Source: Perkinsus olseni (lineage: Eukaryota). From it: a stretch of 50,299 nt of DNA. Positions 25,040 to 36,600 of this stretch are shown in pieces. How positions within the stretch are numbered: the first letter of the stretch is position 1; every line of letters starts with the position of its first letter. Made by a program: the position numbers and the translations under genes. The notes under the pieces are model-generated. The model saw only the letters and a list, made by a program, of their open reading frames with translations, did not search any database and was not told where the DNA came from. The DNA is taken from assembly GCA_013115125.1 (NCBI GenBank), contig JABANN010000230.1:1-50299 (forward strand), given 5' to 3'.

Positions 25040-26153
25040 GTGAAGGAAGAGCTGCCGTCCGGAACGTACAGGGCAAAAGAACGGGGTGCCGGTCACGATC
25101 TGAATTTGCCCGGCGTTGCCGGAGCTTACCGATTTTGAAGTGACAGTTCGGGAGGGTATGGGCCGACAGGTAGCTTCCCTGAGAGCCAAAGTGGGTGATG
25201 AGTGGTTAACGGCCGTCGAGGTATCGCGTTTGTTTTGGTACAAAGACCGCTTCGTCAAGGGAACTAAGAAACGCAAAGTCTTCGGAACTCATCAAGTGTC
25301 AAAATGCTTCCACCCGGCAGATAACTCTGGCAAACGTGGTGCCTCAGCTAGGTTCATGCGCTCGCTATACCACAGCATGGGTAAGAGTGATGTCGGGCAG
25401 TTTGGTCCGGCGTTCGCCTTCTGCTTCCTCGTCGGTTCGTCGGACATATTGGTCCTTATTGGGCTGGAGACGCGACACACTCGACTAACAGCTTTCGACG
25501 CAGCAATTCTACTCAGTGGACCTGCCGAGAGAACAGCGCATAATGCAGCCCCTCTCCCAGTAGCGAGTTCTTTGATAGATTGGAAGGGTGGCTTCGAACT
25601 GCCGGACACAAGCGGTTTTGGAGAGCCGCCGGGCTCGTATGCTGATATGGATCAAGCCGAGCTCATGGACCGATACTCATGGAACTTTGACGAGAGTGAG
25701 CAGGTGGTCGATGACCGGGATCACCTAACTGGAGGTGGGGATGGGTTCGAATCGCGGGCCACTCTACCGGACGGAGACTATGAAGCGTTCTATGAGACGG
25801 CTCGTATCGGTGTGGGTATAGTGACCAGCCCCTTTACCGATCGTCCTATGATCAGCTTGGAACTGGAGCAGGAGTTTCAACGTAAAGCGGATTTCACAGG
25901 CGAGGCGACGACTACTGACGACAACTGTATGCGACTTGCCTTGCCGGCTACTGACTGGTCGTTGTCGGTGCATGTCATTAGAACATTCTTATACCACAAC
26001 AACTTCCTTCCGAATAAGATTAGTATTTGTTACAAGACTGACTTGGGCTGGTCTTTGGAGTTTCACGAGAAGGGTACGGGCAGCCCGAGAGGTGGCGCCT
26101 CTACCGGCGTGCTGAAACTCAACAAGATAGGCTATGGCATGGAGCGGAAGTAG
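25040..26153 (+). CDS. Intronless hypothetical protein with PxGxY repeats (Perkinsus-type family); 5' frameshift, possibly a pseudogene
   Basis: 345-aa ORF lacking an early ATG. LPSGTY lies upstream in another frame; PPGSY and LPDGDY are in frame. Confidence 0.6.
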
Positions 26154-26813
26154 TTCATGCTGCACCTCCGATGATTTAGATCGGGAATCTCGTCGCGTAG
26201 GGCGTCGTGCCACCTGTAGAAGGGTCGACATTGCGTGCCGTTCGTTTACCACTTTTCTATCCACTCATGGCATATTCCCTTCTCGTTATGATGTTGTCGA
26301 TGTCGAATAGCAGGGAGCTTGTGTTCACGTTTGGGTGTCAGATAGTGGGAATAGAACATCTGGAGGATAATTCGCCAAGACTGTCCTCAAGGAGGGTCTG
26401 GACTCCAGACTCTGGAGGGTTCCTATGAGGGTTCCCTGGGAGGTACTCCCATGCAGTCCCAGGATGATATGTGCGGCTGATTGAATCAGCCTGATATTCG
26501 GAGCATTTTCGCGGCGCAAAGCATGCCGAAAAATCTGCTCGGTCGTAGGGACGAGTGCATGCAAGGAAATGTGTTGTACATATGAATAAGGTTGGAAACG
26601 CGGGCCAAGCCTTTGGTATAGGGCCTATACTATAGGCCCTATGCGAAATGATACTGTTTTGGGCGGCACTGTACCGAGTGAAACTGAACGACACGAACCC
26701 CATTAGTTTCCCCACACGAGTGAGTTCCCCCATTAAGGCTATATAAGAGACTCGGTCTGAGAATTATAGCTATAGTAGAACTGGCCTGGCAGGCGCGCTT
26801 ACACCAAGGGAGT

Positions 26814-27370
26814 TACTACACCATTTCGAGACCTCCTTAGTAAAACCCCAGACCAAATTAGTGAAAACCCAGAGCAATTTAATCGGCACGCGAGACGCAT
26901 CCGGATCGTTCCTCCTCCCGGCCCGGGAACTCCGGCCATGAGTGGCGGGAGATCCGGTAGGACGAAGTCAGAGTACCTCCGGCCGTACTGTGATATGTTG
27001 CTCCGAGAAGACGTTGAAGCAACTTTGTATATGATGCTTCAATCACGCCCAAACATTGTACTCTCCTTGCTCAGCCATGGAAGGCATGCCAGTCGGAGCA
27101 CCAATTCGAGTGCTTAAGGATTAATTTTCAACCTGCGATCTGAAGGATACCGAGGGCTCACTTCATGTAGGCTGACGTCGTGAGCTTTTTCGTACTTGTT
27201 AGGGATTTTTTTGGCTCTCCTGAATTGGTCTCTCGTGAAATCAAATTGCTTTGGGGTTATTCTAATTTGGTCTGGGCTTTATTAAATTGCCTTGGGTTTT
27301 TACTAATTTGGTCTGGGCTTTATCGAATTGCTCTGGGATTTTCTTAAGTAGGTCTGGAAATGGTGTAGTA
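26814..27370. mobile_element. MITE / non-autonomous TIR DNA transposon with subterminal repeats
   Basis: Terminal inverted repeats TACTACACCATTTC(G/C)AGACCT(C/A)CTTA. About 20-bp subterminal units (CCCAGACCAAATTAG / CCCAGAGCAATTTAAT) are inverted at both ends. The terminal TA may be the TSD. Confidence 0.85.
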
Positions 27371-28268
27371 GTAGTTACTAGTAGGGCCTATTACCGGGGC
27401 TTTACACGCCTATTGCCGTGACCCCCATGCTCCGACCAATGCACTCAGGGGCAGTAACCAGTGGCAGCAGCATCTCTCAACCAATGCGCAGTACACACGG
27501 TGAACACGATCAAATACTGAACCAAAAGTAAAAGTGGTGAAGGTAACGAGGAGATACAAAGACTAATCCGCATCCAATCTAGCCAATGCACAACTCGGAC
27601 AGTACCATGGCCATGGTGCACTAATCCGATTACTGTAACCGTAGCGGCGAATCGACAGCGCCGAGACGAGAAGGGGAGGGCAAAGAAAGGAGCCTCCTCT
27701 AAGGAGGGAATTTGTACCGCCTCTCAATCACCACCAGTTGGGTGATCGTCGAATTCGATATAATCGGCCTAGCTCTGCATACTCTGAATGAGTATCACTC
27801 CCGTGTCACTCCATCACGCCACGTTGAGGCGCTAGGCCACATGGGAGGATCGCAGAGGCGATGTGGACTGACCCGACGGCTGCCGACCGAAGAACGACAA
27901 ATCATAGCTTTCTTGCACTCTTGCATCTTCTCGTCTTTCCTCAATGCCACTGATAACTGCGCCACACTGCGCGGTACTACCGCGACGGCTTGAGTCTCGG
28001 CGGACTATCTATTGTACAAGAGAGTTTGTTGGTCTTTCAACAACTCTGAGGGCTTCTTTCATGCCTCCAGTCGGCGAAGAGGCCGGAGCATGAAAGTATA
28101 TCGGCAGGTGAAGGGTCGTACGCGTCCACCCGGTGGACTCCGCCGATCTTTGCTTTTCACCACGAAGAGCCTCGCGAACCGCTATATGCTGATCAACTTA
28201 AGCTCGTTGACAACACATTTTCCCGCTTTGCCTTGTTTGTAGTAGACCGTTAATTCGCCGTACACCAG

Positions 28269-31200
28269 ATGACGACGCAGTACATGGCTGTCTCGAATGA
28301 AACAGAATGGGAAGATCCCAAGCCTGTAGTCCCCGCAGGTCAGTCAACCTATGATGGCTGGGCGACCCTTCAAGGCGCCTATTCTTATCCTATTTCCTCA
28401 GTACTCCGCCACTTCACCTCAAAGTCCTGCTACTCTTGTTATCTTAGTATTTGTTAATGTCCAGCTCTGGCGGTGGTGGCAGCGGCGGCGGTGGTGGTAG
28501 CGGCAACTGGTATAGAGGGCATAATAAGAATCAGCAGAACTATCCTACGGTACTAATGCTGATGGGAATCGTGGAAAGTCTGTTCTCGTTATGTCGTTTC
28601 TCGCTCGTCTCGGTCGAGCCAGCCATCCTCGTGTTTTACTGACCGGCAGCCAAGATTTAAGCGTAGCCACAGCAAGACTACAATAACTGCGGCACTTGTG
28701 GGTATAGGAACTGACTGTTTACGCTCATTTCTCGAAGGAGTGGTAGCTGCTGGGAACTCCCCTGTGAAAATTATTTTCATTCAGTATGGCAAATATGGGG
28801 GTAATCGTCAACAGCATCAAGGAGTCGGTAAGAAGTCTCAACCCGTGGTGATGAACCAGAGAGTGCAGCAACAGCAACAGCAACAGCAGCAAAGTAGTAA
28901 AGCCTTGATGATGTCGGCACGAGACTATTCGCTGACGCTGAGGTTACTCCTCGGGCCTTTTACTTCTATAGTCATTCTCGTGGGTGATGAAGATGGGTGT
29001 TGCTCGTCAGGGACATCTTCGCCTAGCGGACCATCAGCCAGAGCGGCCCTCACACGATCACTCACTTCGAGCAGTTCAGCCACTACGAATGAACCAGTCG
29101 CTGACCGGATGTCGGAGTTGAAAAGGAAACTTGTGGAAAGTCGTGGAGGTAGTTGAAGACCTGTGGCTTTTAGTTCACTCAGTGCCACCGGTCATTATCC
29201 GGTCTCAGCTGAGTTCAATAATACCGTTGCTGGTGCAGCTCTAACGTTGCGGCGTGGAAAACTGCAGCATGAATCGGAGATGTGAAACGCATCGGCCATT
29301 GGGTAGATTTACCAGAAATGAGAATCGCGGATGCTGATAGCGGCGGGGATCTCTGCCGAGCCTCCCCAATTGGGGTGAACGATCGGCGAAAAACACATGC
29401 TTCGAGGCTGACTTGAGGCCGGCTTGTTGTTTGGACGTTGTGTTGTTCGGCATGTCCGAGTCGGCCCCGAGCGGAGACTTTCAAAGCGCCGCTCTATCAC
29501 CGGGGGGAAGATGTTCAACAGGAGAGTAGATGATTGAAATGGAGATTTCGGGGTGTTGACGAAGTTTGTTTATCACCTTGGAAGCTCCCTTGGAATCATC
29601 AGGTTTAACTGCGGATTTATCGGCGATGCAACCCTCGGCCGAATCAGCAGCTAAAATCCCGAAAGTGGCGGCTAGGGGTGGCAGGGGTAGTGTCACCACG
29701 GAGCAGTCTCAACAAGTTCATATACACCCACGGAGAGGAGGGGGTAGAGGGAGCTCGGCTACGCCAAAAGTAGAAGAGATATTGAGGGTCGACGATTCAC
29801 CCAGCTCCCATGTTTTGGTCGCCTTCGTTGTGTCGCGATTTACGCGGTTATCAACCTCCGAACGAGAGTTATCAACTTTCTAGGGTACGCTGTTTTCGTC
29901 TCAGAAGTCATCAGCGTCCAGCCCATCTCATGGCGTCCCCAAGGCGGGAGTGAGAGCCCCTGCGAAGGTCGGTAAACAGATCAGAGTGCAGCATCCCCCT
30001 CCTCCCGCAGCGTCGATCGTTCGGACAGGCTCGGCAGCAGTAGCGCATGGAGTGCATCTGGTAGGCCTTCTCGGTGAGTATGACTGTTCGGGCTGGACAG
30101 TTAGAAGATTTACGTGTATTGTGAGCATCACAGCTGGGGATGAGAAGATATTAACCATGGAAATGTGCCAACCGGGAATTGAACTTGGGACCTCGCCGTG
30201 ATCATTGCAGGCGAAGCATAAACCGCAAACAACGCCATCGCCACCCCCTCCCAAGGCGACTGCCCATCCAATGCGGCGTAGGAGGGGGACGTCGCCAGCC
30301 GTCAGTGAAGGCAGTGGCAGCAGCGACGCCGCAGTGGCCCCGCCGACGATGCCGGTCCCCCTACTGTCAACAAGTGGTGGAAAGAATCTTCACCAGCATC
30401 ATAAGGTGATCCTAGCAATCTGGAGTGTCGACCGACTTTCTGATGAGGGTAGTCAGTCCAAGTCGTTTGGAATGATATTCATGGTCTTTGAGAGCTACCA
30501 CACAAGTCCGGTAGAGGGCAAGGTCTCCGTTCGGTTGTGACCCCTTCGATTCACCACCTTGCCGCTATCGATGATCGGACTGTGAGGACTGATTCTCCTG
30601 TCCGTAGGCCGTCCAACCCAAATCATCGGGGTTAGCTCATCAACATCATCAGCAGACGGCGGCGACACCGAAGAGTAAACCTGATGATGGGAAGGTAGTG
30701 AGAGGGGGGAGGGAGGGTGAGAGTCGCGCTGTGATTCTCGATTCAACCTCTAGGCTCGTGCTTATGTGGTTGGCTCGCCCGTTGATCTATCGTGCGCTAC
30801 TTGAAATTGTTACTGCCCGCGGTAGGGTAGTGAGAATCTAAGCTCGATTCTGGCGCGTTTCAGAGCCAAAGATACTTAGTTGGTGAGCGTATCACAAGAG
30901 GCTCCTGTCGCTCGGTTCAGTTACTGGAGCTCATACCTGCTCAAGTGACATCGAGTCCGCCCACACTGCCGTCTTCAGCGAAAAGTGCCCCGCCGCCGGT
31001 AGCTGCTCATAAACCCACTTCCCCGGTATGGTTATCGCATAATTTTGTGGCACGTGACGGAATTTGGGTGGCTTGTAGGAGGTGCCGAGTAGAGGCACGC
31101 ACTCGGCGGTTAGCCGGCTACGTACAATAGAACATCTCAGAGCGAAGAGAGCGCAGCAGCAGATCTCGAAAGAGGTAGCAAGGCTGGATCGAACCAGATA

Positions 31201-32066
31201 CCTTCGGATGGGGGTGCGCGTGTTCTACCGTTATGCCATAATTTCTCGTAGCATCCAACACCGAAGGCGACCCCAAGCGTTGCAGTGCCCTCAACGCCTA
31301 AGCCTGCTGCAACGCCGTTGCCTCCACCTCCAGTAGCTGCTGAGAAGACAGTAATTGGAGGCTTGGTCGCTGCTACCGCTCAGTGGCCATTCTGAATTGC
31401 CAGCAGGTACCCAAGCCTGCTCCCAAGTCTGAGCCGACTCGGCCGGGCTTTGAAGGAGGCGAACAGTCATTGACGGAGAGGATGTTAGAGGCGGTGTTGT
31501 CGCAGCTTATTGACACTCATAGTCAATGGTAGAAAATGTGCAGCTTCGCTCCGCTCTCATTTTGCTGTATTTTTAGGCTGGTAGAACACTGCGGCGTGGA
31601 GAAGGAGTCCCTGCAGCCGAGACCAGTGGATGTTACCGCCATGGACCTCTCTCGGGTGGAACAGATGGTTCTAGACGAAACGGCCAACTTTGAAACCAAG
31701 CTCAAGGCTTCCTCGCGGTGAGATTTCTGGGAGGGGAGCGTTCGGTTTTTTCGTACGCAAATTTTCTCGAAAGAGAAATGACGCAGTCGGCGTGAAAAAA
31801 GTTTAGCGAAAGATGATGGTGAGGAGATGGGCTCTGAAGCTTTTGTAGTAGGAAGGGTCTTCGGGCGTGGGATTGAGCAGTTATCGCGCGCCACGAAATG
31901 TGTATCCTGATCAGGTATCTTGACGCAGTTCGACCAGTGTTGGATCAGCTACCGAAGCTGACTCCAGCGGAGGAGGAATCTTTCGGTTTGCATCAGAAAA
32001 GTAAACCTCCTGCTTCTGCTGGACCGCCGGCAGCGGCCAAAACTTGACGATATTACAGTTGTCTGA
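28269..32066 (+). CDS. Multi-exon low-complexity (G/Q/S/P-rich) hypothetical protein
   Basis: ATG at 28269 followed by a series of coding-like segments separated by GT-AG introns. No domain recognised. Confidence 0.55.
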
Positions 32067-32223
32067 TAATGATAGTTTCCTAATCGCGTGGTTGGGGACA
32101 CGGTGATTGTGTTCAATTCAACCTGAGGGGACAGCCTCTTGTGTTGATAGATGCTCCCACCTGCTAGTATTAAAGTGCTCTTAGTTTCTGTCGGGCAGGG
32201 GCCCCTTGACTATTTATTCTTGT

Positions 32224-33528
32224 ATGGTGGTTTTGGTTAGCTTGCTGCCGCGTCTCTTTGGCTTCCTCTGGTTGGCGCTATCACAGTGCTCAGAAAGATT
32301 CGACGAATTTCGTGAGACGGCGTTAAGAAAGTTGAATACGTCGCCCGTCGACGGGCAGCAGGATATCGACTTTTATGGGTCAGCCCAGGAGGCGGGGGTT
32401 TTCGAGGGATCCCAGGTTGTCGACGAGTGCCCGGAAGCCCTGCTGGTTGCCTTGGCTGTCTTTATCGCTGACCAGTATCCTGTTACTGAAGCCTTGGAAT
32501 CTTTTGTTGCGCACGCGGAAGATTTTGAGGTTACCAATGACAATTATCTACGGCTGCTGTCTTATTATTTGCTACCTGCTCTCATGAGGGCCCCTGAGAG
32601 GGTCCTGGACGGTTGGTCGAAGTGGCACGTTGCCGAGGGCGTGCGAAGGCTTCAACAGATCGCCGTCACTCTGGACGACTTTATTTTATCGGCGTACAGC
32701 ATCCACGAGGTCACCGTTTACGACGAGATCTTGTCGCGCGCCACTAAATTCGACCAGCAGGGTTGGCAGCAGGTGGTGGATCTGTCCCTGGCTGAGGAGT
32801 CCGTGTATTCTCAGAACGGCGAGGACGGCGTCATCAGAGCGGCAGCTGAGGCCCTGGCTGACCTGCCCCAGTTTGTGGGGAAGGAGCGGTACTTCGTCGA
32901 GATCGGCGTCGGCAATGGCATTCAGTGCAACACCCGGGCCTTGAGGCTTGCTGCCTGGCGTGGTGTTATGTTCGACAAGTTCCGCAGGAATCCTTATGTC
33001 AACCTCTACAGGGAGTTCATCAGCGCCGAGAATGTCAATGATGTGTTGAGAAGGTATTCGGTGAAGCAGGATATCGCTCTGCTCTCAATCGACATCGACG
33101 GCAACGACTTCTACGTCTGGTCTGCTTTGAAGTATCTTAGGTCGATTCTGGTCATGGTTGAAATTAACGGTTCACTCGGCGCAGATGACAAGGTCATCCC
33201 GTACGACTCTGAGTTCGTTTCGGATGGCACCACTCATTACGGAGCGTCATTGCCAGCTATGGTGGCCTTGGCTCGCCTCAAGGGCTACGTCCTTATCTGG
33301 GCTAACAAGATAAACGCCCTCTTCGTTAAGGAGGCCTATGAGCATCGCTTCGCTCATGCAGGTTGGTCTTTTTTTGTGAATTTTGTCGCTCTAATTTTTC
33401 TATTCTCAGGTGATGTAAATTTCTGGATCCAGCTTGACGATGGCCATCCAGCGGACCCGCACGATCGCCCGTTCATTTCTAGTGAGGAGGCTTTGAGAAT
33501 GTGGCATGGTGAAATTGAGCTCTCGTGA
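32224..33528 (+). CDS. FkbM-like SAM-dependent methyltransferase-domain protein with N-terminal hydrophobic segment
   Basis: YSQNGEDG, FVEIGVGNG..CNT, WRGVMFD and LLSIDIDGNDFYVW motifs. Probable in-frame 48-nt intron at ~33362-33409. Confidence 0.85.
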   Translation: MVVLVSLLPRLFGFLWLALSQCSERFDEFRETALRKLNTSPVDGQQDIDFYGSAQEAGVFEGSQVVDECPEALLVALAVFIADQYPVTEALESFVAHAEDFEVTNDNYLRLLSYYLLPALMRAPERVLDGWSKWHVAEGVRRLQQIAVTLDDFILSAYSIHEVTVYDEILSRATKFDQQGWQQVVDLSLAEESVYSQNGEDGVIRAAAEALADLPQFVGKERYFVEIGVGNGIQCNTRALRLAAWRGVMFDKFRRNPYVNLYREFISAENVNDVLRRYSVKQDIALLSIDIDGNDFYVWSALKYLRSILVMVEINGSLGADDKVIPYDSEFVSDGTTHYGASLPAMVALARLKGYVLIWANKINALFVKEAYEHRFAHAGWSFFVNFVALIFLFSGDVNFWIQLDDGHPADPHDRPFISSEEALRMWHGEIELS

Positions 33529-33610
33529 TCTATCGGAGTGGTGTTTTTGGGTCTGGCTTGATGCTTAGCATTTTACATTTTTTCTATCAGTTTTAGTTTT
33601 TTCAATCGCC

Positions 33611-36600
33611 ATGGTAGCGCCTCAAGAATCCGCTAAACAACAACCGACTAAAATTGTCCCTTCGGAAGGCAAATCTGCCGTTGAACACGAAGTTGCCGCC
33701 GCTGAGGTCGTCGATGAGGGTGTCGAGTAAGCTGTACTCTCTTGCAATCTTGCATTTTCTCAGTTTTCTTATTGAGCAGGACGCAGAATTGTAGTCAGAA
33801 GGATGATGAGCAGGTCCAGCCGCAGTTGGACCAACGACAAAGGCTCATTTCAGTGGCCAATCGATTACCTTGTAAGCAGAAATGGCACATGTGGGAATCG
33901 AACCATAGACCTCAGGGTTGTGATACTTGTCTGGCGACCTGTTGAGCTATGGATGACTTTCTTTTCGATAGGTACCATTCATAAGGATAAGGCCACGGGG
34001 AAGTGGGTCGCTAGCAAAAGCTCAGGAGGCCTGGTGTCGGCACTGAGTGGTGTGAGCGGCATCGACATGCTTTGGATAGGGTGGCCAGGATGCGAGGTCC
34101 CTGATGAAGATAAAGCAGAAGTCTCGGAGTTGGTATGAATCACGTCCTGCTGCTGTTGTTGATTTTCTCGTTTATTATCAGGTGAAGGCACAGGGATGCT
34201 ATCCAGTGTTTCTCACTGATGCCGAGATCGAGCTGTACTACAATGGTTTCTGCAACAACACGCTTTGGCCGTTATTTCACTACATCACCCCTTCAACGGA
34301 ACGTAAGTCCAACATTCCTATTTACATTCGACGATTCTCGGTGTACTTCTTGTGATACCATGAAATCACCAATTCCTGATAATCATGCGGTATCACGCTC
34401 CGCGTAGTGAGAGTCATTCATATTTGTATTTGAGTATTCATATTTGGTAGTGAAAACCACGCGGATCACTTTTGGTTGTATCGTGCTTCGTTCGTCAGGT
34501 GTGATTCAGCGCAAGACGTTAGAATGGGAAACTTATCAAAAGGCCAACGCTAAGTTTGTAGATGCCATCATGAAGGTAATGCTCTGCGCATGAGGATACT
34601 ATATCGACTTCGATGTCGTCGTTTTCCAGGTTCTGCACGACAACGATCTGGTATGGGTTCATGATTATCATCTCATGCTGGTAGCATACCTTACCACCTT
34701 AGCCGGGCGCCGCTGTGGACTGTGTTGTTGTAGGTGCCCAAGCTGTTACGAGAGCGAGTTCCTAACGCCAAAATTGGCTGGTTCCTTCATACACCCTTCC
34801 CCTCTGCTGAGATCTACAGGATGCTACCGTAACAATCATAATCAACATCGAGAGTGGCTTATTGTGATTTTTACTCAGGCAACGGGAAGAACTCCTACAA
34901 GGTCTATTGTCGGCCAACTTATTGGCTTTCCATGTAAGACGACAACAGGCATTTCTCGCCGGGAATCTTAGGTCGAAGCGTAGCACTCATGAATTGTGTT
35001 GCGTGTCCCCGCGCTGCCTTCCTGGCTCGTGGTGATGCCATTGGTCCGCATCAGGTACATGACTATGTTCGACATTTCCTGTCCAGCTGTGTGCAACTAA
35101 CCACCTTAGAGATCACTCCGCAAGGAGTTGACGCTACACCCCTCAATGGCAATTTTGTAGGTCCCCGGTTCGAATCTCAGTGGAGGCATTTTTTCTCCTC
35201 TCTCCGTAGGTGAAATGCACTACTATACCTATTGGCATCGACCCTACTTCATTCACCTCAGTAGCTGAGTCTCAGTCCGTGGCAGCACGAGTGGCTAGTT
35301 TGAAGGAGCAATGGGGCGACAGAAAAGTCATCCTTGGTAATATGCCTTACATACACTATGTTGTGGAAATTGAGGATTTTCATATTTTATAAATGATAAG
35401 TCATCGGTTTGCAATTTTCCGTCATGCATCAAAATGAGAGTGCGATGGCTTGAGAGTATGCTCAGGAATCGTCGGAATTCCTCCTCGTTTTTCTCTGCCG
35501 TTGGCACCCTCTTCCAAATTTCTCGGCTGCGCGTTTTGCTCCTGCCTTGCGGTAGGCGGGCCCATCGTGGTTCATTGTGGTTGTGTCACTCATCAGGTAT
35601 CGATCGTCTTGACTACATCAAGGGTATTCCGCACAAGCTGAAGGCGTTCGATATGTTCCTGGATGACCATCCTGAGTGGGCATCCCAGTGCGTCTTAGTA
35701 AGAGGATATCACCTTCAACGGCAAAGGGACTCACCATTTCTTTCCTCAAGGTCCAACTGGCTATTCCCACCAGAAGTGAAGTGCCTGAGTATCAGCGGCT
35801 GAAGCGACAGGTGAGCGGTGGATGTCGAGTCACGGGTGTCAGAATGAGTGGAGTGTATCAGGTTCACGAGATGGTTGGGTCGATCTGCGGAAAGCATAGC
35901 AACCTATATACTGGTCCACCTGTTATCTATCTGGATGGATGTGTTGATCATCAAGAGCTGGTATGTGGCGTTTTGTCCTGGCGGTTATGCTTATGTTCCC
36001 ATTCGCGAATGTCCCTGGTTCGATCCTTGCTGACGGTGTTTTTCAGACTGCCCTCTATAGAGTAGCTGATGTTGCACTCATCTCGTCCATCCGTGATGGT
36101 ATGAATCTGGTAGCCTACGAATACGTGGCCTCTCAGCAACACAAGTAAGCCCGAGCGTTCGTCTGTAGGAGTTGGTGGAAGTGTGGTATGTAAATGAATG
36201 TACTGCTTCTTCAGGAACGGTGTTCTGGTCATCAGTGAGTTTGCCGGAGCATCGCAGTACCTCGGGGCCGGAAGCGTAAGTCAGCTTTATCGTGGTCTTC
36301 GTGACCGTTTTACACCGTGTAAAAATCTCCGTCTTAGATACGAATTAACCCATGGAACCTTGAGGAGGTGTCTTGGGCGATCTATGAGGCTCTGACTATG
36401 GGTGAGGACCGCCGAAAGGAGATGCACGAGTATTGCTTCAACTACAGTAAGCATGCCTGCCTGTGATATCGCGTTGCTCATCTTCGTTGATCAGTTCGTA
36501 ACCACAGTGCCCAGCGCTGGGCTGAGACGTTTATCGAAACTCTGAAGGATGCTTGCGCTCAGCGGGAGGAGGTCTCCGCTTCGGTAAGTTTGTTCACGGT

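Noticed and set aside
25740-25760. B-box-like GGGTTCGAATC
   Set aside because: It lies within an open 345-aa frame with no other tRNA features. It shows that single B-box matches can arise by chance.
27240-27345. CRISPR-like repeats
   Set aside because: These are tandem subterminal MITE units without unique spacers, in a eukaryotic context with no cas genes.
27700-28250. Possible LTR-element integrase C-terminal remnant on the minus strand (VVERPTNSLV)
   Set aside because: Only one weak motif among many stops.
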